Position numbers and translations under genes: made by a program
In this document: positions 1 through 8,940 of the stretch, piece after piece
How the letters are laid out: each line of letters starts with the position of its first letter
Position numbering within the stretch: the stretch's first letter is position 1
Source of the DNA: a virus
Reading direction: 5' to 3' (one strand)
Virus record (IMG/VR): IMGVR_UViG_3300044712_001570
Coordinates: 1-64,000 of that record
Length of the DNA stretch: 64,000 nt
Notes under the pieces: generated by a model
The model's database searches: none
The model's input: the letters and a program-made list of their open reading frames with translations, nothing else
Told to the model about the DNA's origin: nothing

Positions 1-1
1 A

Positions 2-583
2 TAAACGTAATACTGTTAGCCCTGTAGGCTCTTTAGGCTTTCTATTCTTATTTATTATCTCTGCAAGCTCTTGTTGCTTTTCCTCTGTATCAAAGCCTAA
101 CTGTAATGTTGGAAGAGCAAAGCTCTCTATAGACACCTCCTGCTGTGTAGGCGCCTCAATAGCTGTAAACTTTAATATGTTATCAATCTCATTTTTAGAG
201 AACCCACTTGGCACTATATCTATATCACTTCCTATATCAGTTAGTAGTTGAGATAGTTTAACATCATCGAACACACCGCTTATCTTATTAAGACCTATAT
301 TAAGTATCTTCGCTTCATCATCTGTAATATCAAGAACAGATGCATATACATGTGTTGGGACCTTAACATTGTCTTCTTTGCATATCTCATTAATTGCTGT
401 TATTCGTTGGTGTCCACCAATAACAATCATACCTTTCTTTTGCACAACAAGGCTAAGAACACACCCATACTTACGCATAGATGCTTTAAGTGCTTCCATC
501 TCATTATCTGGCATAATGCGAGGATTATAAGATGCAAAATTTAGCTCTGATAGTTTCACCTTTTCAATAGAGGGTATTAACAT
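2..583 (-). CDS. ParB/Srx-like N-terminal domain protein (3' truncated by window edge; not in ORF track)
   Basis: Manual translation MLIPSIEKVKLSELNFASYNPRIM...VIGGHQRITA...LNIGLNKISG; YNPR and GGHQR motifs of ParB-like domains; AGGAGA RBS before ATG at 583. Confidence 0.85.
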   Translation of the reverse strand, partial: MLIPSIEKVKLSELNFASYNPRIMPDNEMEALKASMRKYGCVLSLVVQKKGMIVIGGHQRITAINEICKEDNVKVPTHVYASVLDITDDEAKILNIGLNKISGVFDDVKLSQLLTDIGSDIDIVPSGFSKNEIDNILKFTAIEAPTQQEVSIESFALPTLQLGFDTEEKQQELAEIINKNRKPKEPTGLTVLRL

Positions 584-1605
584 TTGTTCAATCTCCTGTC
601 GTAGTCAACTATAGCTTGCGCTATCTTCTTTGCATATAATGGTGGTACTGCATTACCAATAACGTATTTAGCGTTATCATGCCCTATACCATCTAGTTCA
701 CAAAACTTATACCAATCTGGGAATGATTGTGCACGAGCAGATTCACGTATATTCATACGACGCGTGGTACCGTCTGGCTTTCTAATAAAAGGTGCACTAC
801 CCCCTGAGGTGATGGTAGCAGGAATAACTTTTATGTTAAATACCCGTTCAGATGACACATAGGTTGTTCTAGATCTATCTGGTGAATGTAATGAAGATGT
901 AGTTGGTTTTACACCCTTTTGCTGTTGTATTGAGTTTGGGTCATATATATCTTCCATAGTATAAGCATTAGCAAACCATGCCTTTTTATTTTTATCATTA
1001 GCATTATGTGTCTGTAGTGGGTATAAAAATCTAATGTTGTTACTTACTAAATCATTCCGAATACCAACAATAATAACTCGTTCACGCCTAGACGCTACCC
1101 CATGTTCAGCCATATTAATAAGTCTATATTGAACTTGGTATCCTAAGTTCGCAAAGGTACTCATAATAACCTTGATAGCATCACCATGATTAGCGCTTAA
1201 TAAGCCTTTTACATTCTCTGCTATAAAATATCTAGGTTGTATTTGTTTAATAACCCTGCATAGCTCTAAATATAGTTTACCAGCTATATCATCAATGATA
1301 CCAAGTCTTGAACCCTGTGTACTAAATGTCACACATGGAAACCCACCAGTAACTATATCTATACCTTTAGGAAAGGTTTTCTGTTCTCTTATATCACCAA
1401 GAACAGGTGTATGACCAAGGTTTGCCTCATATACTTTAGCAGGTATAGGGTTTATTTCATTTGCATATAATAGTTCTATACCTGCACTTCTAAACCCTAA
1501 ATCAAAGCCACCACCACCACAAAAGAATGAGGCTAAGGATAATCCGATACGTGGGGGCGATATAGGAGGCAACTCCTGTGTGAGTATATCAACATAACTA
1601 GACAT
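577..1605 (-). CDS. dcm: C5 DNA cytosine methyltransferase
   Basis: Motifs FCGGGG (I), GGFPC (IV), ENV (VI), RERVIIVG (VIII), RESARAQSFPD (IX), GNAVPP (X). Confidence 0.95.
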   Translation of the reverse strand: MSSYVDILTQELPPISPPRIGLSLASFFCGGGGFDLGFRSAGIELLYANEINPIPAKVYEANLGHTPVLGDIREQKTFPKGIDIVTGGFPCVTFSTQGSRLGIIDDIAGKLYLELCRVIKQIQPRYFIAENVKGLLSANHGDAIKVIMSTFANLGYQVQYRLINMAEHGVASRRERVIIVGIRNDLVSNNIRFLYPLQTHNANDKNKKAWFANAYTMEDIYDPNSIQQQKGVKPTTSSLHSPDRSRTTYVSSERVFNIKVIPATITSGGSAPFIRKPDGTTRRMNIRESARAQSFPDWYKFCELDGIGHDNAKYVIGNAVPPLYAKKIAQAIVDYDRRLNKC

Positions 1606-1637
1606 AGTATACCTGTGGGTGTTAGGTAGTAGTTGTA

Positions 1638-2141
1638 TTAAATACTTGATGGAGCACGAGTGATATTAGGTTGCACGGTTATGATACCTATTGCAACTGT
1701 CGTCACCCTACCAGTGCTATGCTCTTCCACTCGCACGTCATAGTTGAGTTCCTCTGGACCGTCGGCAAGGTAAGCCGTATCCACGGGGTCCAGGGCCACC
1801 GTAAAAGCCCCGTCTAGGGGGGTATCGATCACAACCCCACTACCCACCGTCTTTTGAGCCAAAGCGCGGTTATCGGCCAAACTAACGGCCCTCTTGACGG
1901 TAAACCAAATGCGTGCGGAAGTTATATCTACTGGAAGTGGGATACTTGAACCAGGTGGTGGGCGAAGGAACCGAAAGCTTTGGACGAACGAATCCCCACG
2001 AAGCATCTCAAAGTTTAGCTTCTGGGGTGCACTTCCGGAGGAACTAGCGCATGGGCATTCTGTAGCCCATGGCCTAGAAGTTTCTGGCGCGTACTGTTGC
2101 CAGGTTGGCATGTTCTGGTTTTGACTACATCCGCAAGTCAT
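1638..2141 (-). CDS. Putative virion beta-sandwich protein (BppU-like)
   Basis: RGDSF...VDITSARIWFTVK...YDVRV...GIITVQPNITR pattern typical of phage BppU/Ig-like adaptor domains. Confidence 0.55.
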   Translation of the reverse strand: MTCGCSQNQNMPTWQQYAPETSRPWATECPCASSSGSAPQKLNFEMLRGDSFVQSFRFLRPPPGSSIPLPVDITSARIWFTVKRAVSLADNRALAQKTVGSGVVIDTPLDGAFTVALDPVDTAYLADGPEELNYDVRVEEHSTGRVTTVAIGIITVQPNITRAPSSI

Positions 2142-2404
2142 ACCGAGAATCCTTTCGTCGAAGCGAGGGAGGCTTGCCGTAGCATATGCATCCCATACTC
2201 GGAAGCATATGCTAGCAAAAGTGGTTTGTCTATGACCTTTCCGCGAGCGGCTATACCAATACCTCGAAGGCTATACATATCACCTATGCTTAGTACTAAC
2301 GCGAAGGTGATATCATCAAGGGTCGAAGCCTTGATGCTTATACTATCATCACCTTTGGCGGTGAGGGTTATATGTATAGGGGTATGCGAGGATGGTATAT
2401 GCAT
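2138..2404 (-). CDS. Hypothetical protein
   Basis: Fills gap in minus-strand operon, ATGA overlap with next gene. Confidence 0.6.
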   Translation of the reverse strand: MHIPSSHTPIHITLTAKGDDSISIKASTLDDITFALVLSIGDMYSLRGIGIAARGKVIDKPLLLAYASEYGMHMLRQASLASTKGFSV

Positions 2405-2410
2405 TAGGGG

Positions 2411-3040
2411 TCACAAGATAGGTTGCATCCAACCGAGGACACTCTTCTGATCAAAAACCAACTGTCGAGCATCGACCTTTCTCTTTGATAAAAGAGAAAC
2501 AAGATCTCTTAAGATCTCTTTAAGAATTAAGATCTTAAAACACGGGGGTGTTTTGATTATTTTGGAAGGCCTTAGGGAAGAGCTTTCGAAGGCTCCTAAA
2601 CCGGCCATTTTGAGTCGCCATGTAACCAACTCCGGTGCACCCCCACACCTCCCTGTGGAGTACATCCCCATTCCAGCTCGTATAAGATTTTTGTGATCTC
2701 TGCATAGTACTATGGCCTCCTTCATGACCACTAACCCTATCTCCAATCCCAACTTGCGTGAGTTTTTAACTTCGCTTGATATATAACCATGTGCCTTAAG
2801 GTGGTTAACATTAACCTGCATCACACCTATAGACCTACCGCTATCACCAACAGTAGCTGGGTCCCACTTGCTCTCGTACCAAGACCATAGCAGTAACAAC
2901 TTTTCAGTCTGTTCTTCCGATAGATTAATCAAAGCACCCCCACTTGAAACAACCTCGTGCACCTCTTGTGCAACCTGTTTACCTAGGTCTATGTGGGAGG
3001 GAGGGGTGAAGGTGAGTAAAAATGCTAATAGCTGTTCCAT
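2411..3040 (-). CDS. Lytic transglycosylase (SLT/lysozyme-like), endolysin candidate; C-terminus encoded by ori-like repeat
   Basis: Catalytic ES motif (YESKWDP) followed by GDSGRSIGVMQVN. Confidence 0.75.
   Translation of the reverse strand: MEQLLAFLLTFTPPSHIDLGKQVAQEVHEVVSSGGALINLSEEQTEKLLLLWSWYESKWDPATVGDSGRSIGVMQVNVNHLKAHGYISSEVKNSRKLGLEIGLVVMKEAIVLCRDHKNLIRAGMGMYSTGRCGGAPELVTWRLKMAGLGAFESSSLRPSKIIKTPPCFKILILKEILRDLVSLLSKRKVDARQLVFDQKSVLGWMQPIL
2476..2585 (-). repeat. Ori-like element copy 1 (inverted relative to 32582-32702)
   Basis: 34-nt exact match ATAATCAAAACACCCCCGTGTTTTAAGATCTTAA (2527-2560 vs 32619-32652), plus shared AAGCTCTTCCCTA, three AGATCT, TTTCTCTTT/AAAGAGAAA inverted repeat. 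Confidence 0.9.
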
Positions 3041-3088
3041 AACTTGAAGTCATAGCGCACAAATAATCTGATGGGTAACTAAAAGGTC

Positions 3089-3117
3089 TTGCTATTAAGG
3101 ATGTGAACTTCTATGCT
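3089..3117 (+). promoter_or_regulatory. Sigma70-type promoter for intergenic sRNA candidate
   Basis: TTGCTA-N17-TATGCT, with an A 7 nt downstream at 3124. Confidence 0.55.
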
Positions 3118-3123
3118 CTCTTT

Positions 3124-3203
3124 ATCTACTGTTCTCATCCAGCAGTATGGTCATCACTGAGAGTGGGTACGCAGGGAAATAGGGCCTTGCGTACCTTTTT
3201 ATT
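3124..3203 (+). ncRNA. Candidate ~80-nt structured sRNA
   Basis: Promoter upstream, hairpin TACTGTT-CTCATCC-AGCAGTA, small CACT/AGTG hairpin, terminator GGTACGCAGG/CCTTGCGTACC+TTTTT on the strand opposite both flanking genes. Confidence 0.5.
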
Positions 3204-6109
3204 TATCTTGATGATATCGACATTCCTAACTGTGCATGAGGGTTTTCGTCCTCGTTAGCTACAAGTGCACCTGCAGCTCGTGCCATCTCCCTTGCTAACC
3301 ATGCCGACATGAGCACGTCGGGTGTATGCTTAGAAGGGCTATAAAACAAGCATGCATCTATAAACTTCTGCACCACTGGTTCCACTCGCCCGTACTTATC
3401 GTTAGGTATTAGCCATATACCATGTGATAACTCGACGAACATACTCTCGACACCATGAGTTGGGTGCACCTTGTTTCTACCAGTCGTATGAGGTTTGACT
3501 GGTAACCCAGGTGCTAACTTTCGCGTAAACTGTATTATGTATTGTTGCGCAGCATTGTTTTCAACTCGAATAATAGAGTTAAACCTTCTGTGCTTTTCTA
3601 TAATCTTGTTTATGATTGTTGGTCCATCGCACTGCAATACATCAATATCAAGAATACGTCGAAGACCAGATGGTAGAACCTCAAAGGTGAAGAACGATGT
3701 ATCATCATGTTCTTCACCTGGTTCTATCGCTAAGTCCACCCCAGTGTAGATTTGACCATCACCAAGGTACCTTTCCTGCAGTAGATGGTAATGACCTAAA
3801 TCCCTAGCTTTCTGCTTACATAACTCAATCCATTCATCCTTGCATCTAGCAGTCGCATCATCACGACAGTTATTGCAAAAGAGCTGGTTGAACCTATGGG
3901 GTAAATGGTTTCTTTTTAGCTTTTCAACTAACGGTGGAGTAAACACCTCCGGCCATAGAGGAGTTGTATTATCTGGGTCTGGTTGTTCTGATACTAATCG
4001 CAATACCTGCTCGTCAGGTTTATCTGTAGCGGGTCTAATATAGTCTGCTATCTCATCATCAATACCCCATGTATCGGGTACATCGACTCCATCCAACCCT
4101 ATCTGTGGAGGCGTTGAGACCATAATGTTTCCATCGATGGACATGCGCATAGTAGGCCAACCTGCTTTTTCCAATCGGTGAAGCATGTCGTCTGTATGCC
4201 ATGCAGTATTAGTTATAATAATCTTGGCACCCCTCAAGTCCATTCGACTAAGAACTGAGGAGTCAAAGAACTCGTACACCTTATCCCTTGATTCCTTAGT
4301 ACCTGTATTCTCCATATTGAGTATATCGTCTACAAGCACCCAGGAGAGACGAGAACCTGGTAATGCCCCACCAATACCCACTGCTACCAGCGATGGGTCT
4401 CTAATACCCTCCGGTCGGTCTACAGTTATTGATGTTTGGGTCCAAGGGTCAGAAGTACGTTGGCTAGGCCTTAGGTTTGGGAATACAGCTCGAAGCTTTA
4501 CCGATGTCTCTATATAGTCTCGAACCATCGATAATGGTTTCTTGGCTTGTTCCTGCGTTGCAGAGACTATAGCCCCTCGCATGGTAGGGTCCTTACCCAT
4601 AAGGAAAAGAGCTAATGCTGCGGTCGAGAATGTATTATGGGCAATAACCCCGCTTGCAATGAAGTTATGACCATCTGGAACAGTAAGGTCGAATACTTCC
4701 CTTTCCCCTATATCTTCAATCTTCACTACTTCATCCCATGCAACTGCTTCGTCAAAGGCAATCTTTAGCAGCTCACTTTTATCTATAAACTGTTGGGTGG
4801 ATTGCCTAATGCTGACTAGACCATTGCATGGAGTAGTAAATAGTACCTCTCGAAGGGATGCATGTGCTTTCCACTTTATGCTTCTCTTTAGTGCATTGAT
4901 ATTAGGTGTAGCATCCCTTATCTGCTGCTCTATTATGTTTGCAGCTTCTACTGATATACGAGCAAGACCAGTATTTGGATTCCTTTTCTTTGCTACATAT
5001 CTTTTTAATGCCTGGGCTTTATGCCCCCATAAGGGGAAGTACTCCGAGAATGCTTGTATCGAGGTAGACCTAATCTCTAATATCCAGCTATCAAAGTATT
5101 TATCCTTACACTTTGCCTTTCGATAGGTATAGCCAGATTGAATAGAGAAACGAAGTAGCAATAGCTGAAGTTGTTGAATCAGCTCTTTACTTGCCAATGT
5201 TATGCAAGCGCCATTGGTCTTCGATATGGTGCCATCACATCCCCATAGGGTATTAATAAATACCTGTACAAGCTTATTAGGTAACCTAAACACCTGTTCC
5301 GGAATGTGCTTATGCTTGCTCAACTTTCCCCATAAACCACATTCCTTTATGAACTCACGAAGATTAGGAGCATTTACAATCGAGTAGGTTCCCTTAGCAG
5401 ATGGAACTTCTCTAAGCTCACCCTCTATCATGTTTTCAACTGCATGCCTGACCTTTTCGACAAGTATAGGGTCTGGTTTAGTAAAGCTTAGTTTACCACC
5501 AGTTAGGCTCCCATCGGCTGTTAGCACCGCTAGAATGGTTACCCAAGCTTCGCTACCTATAGGGATTTTATACTCCTTAGGTTCTGGTACATAACGTGGT
5601 GTTCCTATAGTCTCACCTATGCGAATACTTTCCGCATTGCTCCACCCTAGTGGGGTTAGGTATGGATGCTCGGGTGTTGTCTCTACCTGCAGACCACTTC
5701 GCAATGTAATGCGAAGGCATCGCTTTACACCAGTTGCAATAGCAGTTGCTCGTCGTACTTGGATACCATCCTCAGGCTTCCATCCTGCTATGCTTACGGT
5801 GCCTTTGAACGATTCAATAGGCTTCCAACAGCCAGTCTTCCCATCCAGTACCAATGAACCTTTAGCTAGGCACTTAGCGTGTCCAACGGGCCAGAAGTTA
5901 ACAGAGCGTTCATGATTGAGCATAAAGTTCAATCCAACACGCTGGTGTCTAGCAACTTTTATAGGTGTTCTATGTAACTCATGCACCATAACGAATTCCA
6001 TGAAGTCATTGATATTCGTTCTAGCTGCTTGAGTTTTTCGAAGTACCCAGTTCCTTAACCCTATGACCTTTGCAGGGTCACTTAAACAATCTGGTGGAGT
6101 CACTAGCAT
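3203..6109 (-). CDS. terL: Terminase large subunit containing an intein
   Basis: Walker A PVGHAK|T split by intein, Walker B VLVDD, C-terminal RNase H-like nuclease motifs GVDLA, VENNAAQ, PDVLMS. Confidence 0.92.
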   Translation of the reverse strand: MLVTPPDCLSDPAKVIGLRNWVLRKTQAARTNINDFMEFVMVHELHRTPIKVARHQRVGLNFMLNHERSVNFWPVGHAKCLAKGSLVLDGKTGCWKPIESFKGTVSIAGWKPEDGIQVRRATAIATGVKRCLRITLRSGLQVETTPEHPYLTPLGWSNAESIRIGETIGTPRYVPEPKEYKIPIGSEAWVTILAVLTADGSLTGGKLSFTKPDPILVEKVRHAVENMIEGELREVPSAKGTYSIVNAPNLREFIKECGLWGKLSKHKHIPEQVFRLPNKLVQVFINTLWGCDGTISKTNGACITLASKELIQQLQLLLLRFSIQSGYTYRKAKCKDKYFDSWILEIRSTSIQAFSEYFPLWGHKAQALKRYVAKKRNPNTGLARISVEAANIIEQQIRDATPNINALKRSIKWKAHASLREVLFTTPCNGLVSIRQSTQQFIDKSELLKIAFDEAVAWDEVVKIEDIGEREVFDLTVPDGHNFIASGVIAHNTFSTAALALFLMGKDPTMRGAIVSATQEQAKKPLSMVRDYIETSVKLRAVFPNLRPSQRTSDPWTQTSITVDRPEGIRDPSLVAVGIGGALPGSRLSWVLVDDILNMENTGTKESRDKVYEFFDSSVLSRMDLRGAKIIITNTAWHTDDMLHRLEKAGWPTMRMSIDGNIMVSTPPQIGLDGVDVPDTWGIDDEIADYIRPATDKPDEQVLRLVSEQPDPDNTTPLWPEVFTPPLVEKLKRNHLPHRFNQLFCNNCRDDATARCKDEWIELCKQKARDLGHYHLLQERYLGDGQIYTGVDLAIEPGEEHDDTSFFTFEVLPSGLRRILDIDVLQCDGPTIINKIIEKHRRFNSIIRVENNAAQQYIIQFTRKLAPGLPVKPHTTGRNKVHPTHGVESMFVELSHGIWLIPNDKYGRVEPVVQKFIDACLFYSPSKHTPDVLMSAWLAREMARAAGALVANEDENPHAQLGMSISSR
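4634..5872 (-). mobile_element. Intein (413 aa) with LAGLIDADG homing endonuclease
   Basis: Starts CLAKGS, block B TPEHPY, LAGLIDADG-like LAVLTADGS and INTLWGCDG, ends VFDLTVPDGHNFIASGVIAHN followed by Thr. Confidence 0.93.
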
Positions 6110-6633
6110 GTTCCACCTTGTGTATTCACCAAGGTTGTAGCCTTAGCTACACTAGCAAGTGCCTCAAGCTCCTGCTGCTCTGCAAGTGCTTGTGCTATCT
6201 CCTCGTTCGACATAGCCCCTATAACTTGCATAACCGTTTGGGATATCGATACGGTATTTAGTTCGATCGATTGTCGAATAGGTTCTTGGGTACCTTCAAT
6301 CTTAGATAACAACTCCTCGAACCTAGTAAGAGCACTAAAGTTTGGCTTCACATAGCTTTCTTCACCTGGGTTACCCTTACCGCTTGCCCTTCTTAGGTGC
6401 GCATAGATACGCCTTATAGCAGCACTACGTCGTCTATCCCTCGAGGAGACATCTTCCATTGCCCATGTAGTGAATACCCTTTCCTTGAGCCTTATAACCC
6501 TCTGTATGCTTATGCTCATTCCGGTCGCAGCGCGGACTGAGTTCTGTAGTTGTCGATGCGAACTTACGCCTTGTTGTAATAGTGCTTCCACAACATCTAG
6601 CTGTTGCTGCACTTGTTGTTTAGTCCATACCAT
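6103..6633 (-). CDS. Putative terminase small subunit
   Basis: Immediately upstream of and overlapping terL; helical, basic, 176 aa. Confidence 0.55.
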   Translation of the reverse strand: MVWTKQQVQQQLDVVEALLQQGVSSHRQLQNSVRAATGMSISIQRVIRLKERVFTTWAMEDVSSRDRRRSAAIRRIYAHLRRASGKGNPGEESYVKPNFSALTRFEELLSKIEGTQEPIRQSIELNTVSISQTVMQVIGAMSNEEIAQALAEQQELEALASVAKATTLVNTQGGTC

Positions 6634-6662
6634 TTATCTATCCTGCAACTATAGGGGCACTT

Positions 6663-6672
6663 GGTGCAACCT
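6663..6672 (+). promoter_or_regulatory. GGYGCAAYCT phage promoter motif (leaderless ATG at 6680)
   Basis: GGTGCAACCT-N7-ATG; motif recurs at 8087, 11221, 15821, 18109, 19478, 31985, 51597. Confidence 0.65.
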
Positions 6673-6679
6673 TTTAGGT

Positions 6680-7096
6680 ATGCAGGATGAGGAAGACATG
6701 CAGTACACCAAGAGAGCCTTTAACAATATCCCTGGGGTATGCCTCAAGTACTGTAAGAAGGTGGAAGGTACTGCTACCATCTTTATGGTGCCTGCTTGGG
6801 TCGATAGCCTGTGGGCTATAAGCAATACCCCAGACCTGCAAAAGGAATGGAGGAATACTGTAAAGCTATCGTGGGGTGATGCAAGACAACATTATAATAA
6901 AGAAGTAAACCCCACATCCTTGTTTACTGTCTTTGCTGATAGGTTCACTTCAGGTCTTAATGGCGCACATATGAGGGAGGTCATAGCAGCAACCTATACA
7001 GTTATAGCAGTTACTGAAAAGCCTACTGCACAACTAGTACAAGATACAATAACGCAGTTCATTAACTACGTGCTCGATAGGAAGGATGACGAATGA
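6680..7096 (+). CDS. Hypothetical protein
   Basis: Start moved to ATG 6680 (track start 6470 overlaps terS antisense). Confidence 0.7.
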   Translation: MQDEEDMQYTKRAFNNIPGVCLKYCKKVEGTATIFMVPAWVDSLWAISNTPDLQKEWRNTVKLSWGDARQHYNKEVNPTSLFTVFADRFTSGLNGAHMREVIAATYTVIAVTEKPTAQLVQDTITQFINYVLDRKDDE

Positions 7097-7689
7097 GCTA
7101 TATGATGACACCAGACTCTGATCTAAATACTCATAATCTCTTCCCTTGCTATCATATTATTGAGGGTAATAATAAGACTACTCCAAGACCATCGTATGCA
7201 ACCGTAAGCCGCCAACATAAGTATAATGATCTAAACGATGCAATAACATGCAGTATATGCATACGTACATACCGTAAACCTATAATAGACCTATGGAAGC
7301 TATTAAAGAGGGTGAGGTGTGTACGAAGTGTTACTTCTGATTTACTATTGCATTCAGTAAATGAACCTGCACCTATTAGCATGCTAGCTTCCACAAGTAG
7401 TCATGCGCATATAGAATCAATAAAGCTTGTTAATATAAGACAGTTTTGGTACATTATGGGCCTTATTAAGTCACCCACCTATACTTATAGAGCTATAAAG
7501 ATTAGTATGGGGTGGAACAATAGGGAGCTGGTAGAGGTTATAGAACGCGTAAAGGCTTTGAATGCTATGGTTATGTTTATGGAGTCTACAATAGACATGG
7601 ATAAAAATATAAGCTTTTCTACTATCAATATAGACTACGATGACTTTATTAAACAAGTAAAGGATATGATGCATATGGGAGAGGGCTAG
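7093..7689 (+). CDS. Hypothetical protein
   Basis: ATGA overlap, 198 aa. Confidence 0.7.
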   Translation: MSYMMTPDSDLNTHNLFPCYHIIEGNNKTTPRPSYATVSRQHKYNDLNDAITCSICIRTYRKPIIDLWKLLKRVRCVRSVTSDLLLHSVNEPAPISMLASTSSHAHIESIKLVNIRQFWYIMGLIKSPTYTYRAIKISMGWNNRELVEVIERVKALNAMVMFMESTIDMDKNISFSTINIDYDDFIKQVKDMMHMGEG

Positions 7690-7692
7690 TAT

Positions 7693-8100
7693 ATGTCTAA
7701 CCCCTCTGAGAACCTATACCTAAACGAGGATGTATTCCTTTGCTATCACCTCTTAAAGTGCTACCTGGACTATAACTTTTCCGATGCACTCAATAGTATG
7801 TGCATAACAGATATGTGCGCATCCTGTAATGTATGCAAGCTAGCCTTTCCTCTTGAGGTAGTTAGGCTTCAAGAGACTATAGCAGGCATGCGAACACTAC
7901 CTATCAGTACTCAATACCACTTTACGATAGCAGAGTTTTGGAATGTTATGGCTTATTTAGGGTACCCATCATCTAAAGATTATCAAAGTGCATGTGCTGC
8001 GCTGAACTCAAAGCTAGTGCTTAGTGGTGCTAAACAAATGAGGATTGGAGATCTTTTGAATGACGCTATGTTCATAAGGGATTCAATGCGCAATCTATAG
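7693..8100 (+). CDS. Hypothetical Cys-containing protein
   Basis: GAGAGG RBS; CYH motif and CxxC shared with upstream gene. Confidence 0.65.
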   Translation: MSNPSENLYLNEDVFLCYHLLKCYLDYNFSDALNSMCITDMCASCNVCKLAFPLEVVRLQETIAGMRTLPISTQYHFTIAEFWNVMAYLGYPSSKDYQSACAALNSKLVLSGAKQMRIGDLLNDAMFIRDSMRNL

Positions 8101-8116
8101 GAAGAAGGATAAAGCC

Positions 8117-8326
8117 ATGAGTAATGATGATGTTATAACCAAGAAGTGTAGCAATGGGTGCATAGCTAGTGTTGTAGAAGCAACCAAAGGTTGGACCGAT
8201 CAACAGAAGATAGACCTCGTAGGGTCCTGGGGTTGGGAGATACTAACAGATGGTTGCGAAACAGACGAGGGGGAACAAATCGTTTGTTATACCAACATCT
8301 TTACAGAGAGTGTTATTGTCCCATAG
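8117..8326 (+). CDS. Hypothetical protein
   Basis: AAGGA RBS after promoter motif at 8087. Confidence 0.65.
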   Translation: MSNDDVITKKCSNGCIASVVEATKGWTDQQKIDLVGSWGWEILTDGCETDEGEQIVCYTNIFTESVIVP

Positions 8327-8332
8327 CTAACG

Positions 8333-8551
8333 TTGAGTTTACTACCACAGCCACTAGGAATGAATAAAATGACCATTAATAGTGATATCATACAGTTCAA
8401 AGAGTTAGATATTATCTGCCAATCATTCGAGAAGGGTAGCGCTAAAGGTACAGGTGCTAAGCACATGCCTATTGAATGGATGGATGCTATTGCTCAACGC
8501 TCCAAGCTGGCCCTAGTCATAGCTAGAAAGCACTGTGAGGAAAAGTTATGA
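8333..8551 (+). CDS. Hypothetical protein (start uncertain)
   Basis: In operon, ATGA overlap with next gene. Confidence 0.5.
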   Translation: MSLLPQPLGMNKMTINSDIIQFKELDIICQSFEKGSAKGTGAKHMPIEWMDAIAQRSKLALVIARKHCEEKL

Positions 8552-8940
8552 CTCCTCCAGGAGGGGGCGACGTGTCTCCTCTCGAGCAGTTGGGACAATA
8601 CTGTTTATGGTGCAAGAACCCAATCGTCAGCTCGAGTCCTAAGAGACGGTGGTGTTCGAAAAGATGTAGGCAAACTGCCTGGAGGTCAAGGTGTCTAGCT
8701 CGAGTCACCAGAGACAATCTTGTGTCTTCGGTAGCTCGAGGTGGCGATTCCAATCTAATAGGTAGAAAGTCTATTAAGTTCGTTAACTGGCTCTTTGGGC
8801 TATTGGGTGCAGCTCAAAACGACACTCTTGATGATATGTTTCCAGGTAGTGGAATAGTCACCAGATGTTGGAATGAGTTCTGTCGCCTTGGTACCGAAGC
8901 GTCCCTTCCATCACCAGGAGACATCCATGACGAGGCATGA
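8548..8940 (+). CDS. C4 zinc finger fused to C-terminal fragment of an N6/N4-type DNA methyltransferase (catalytic DPPY region absent)
   Basis: CLWC...WCSKRCRQTAWR zinc finger; LIGRK...LDDMFPGSG SAM-binding motif I; no DPPY. Confidence 0.65.
   Translation: MTPPGGGDVSPLEQLGQYCLWCKNPIVSSSPKRRWCSKRCRQTAWRSRCLARVTRDNLVSSVARGGDSNLIGRKSIKFVNWLFGLLGAAQNDTLDDMFPGSGIVTRCWNEFCRLGTEASLPSPGDIHDEA
8549..8923. repeat. Cluster of YGTC-N16/17-GACR sites, mostly containing CTCGAG
   Basis: Sites at 8573-8597, 8625-8648, 8692-8716, 8900-8923; degenerate at 8549 and 8723. Confidence 0.65.

Noticed and set aside
577-1605. Restriction-modification system
   Set aside because: No cognate endonuclease nearby; appears to be an orphan phage methyltransferase next to a ParB-like gene.
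4327-4351. Isolated CGTC-N17-GACG site in terL
   Set aside because: No CTCGAG core; a few such matches are expected by chance in 64 kb.
3495-6261. Plus-strand ORFs over terL, and similar antisense ORFs over other long genes (e.g. 24169-24780, 36015-36566, 61851-62309)
   Set aside because: Shadow frames of well-supported genes, with no RBS or recognisable motifs.
6470-6679. N-terminal extension of ORF 6470-7096
   Set aside because: Overlaps terS antisense and the promoter motif; ATG 6680 fits better.
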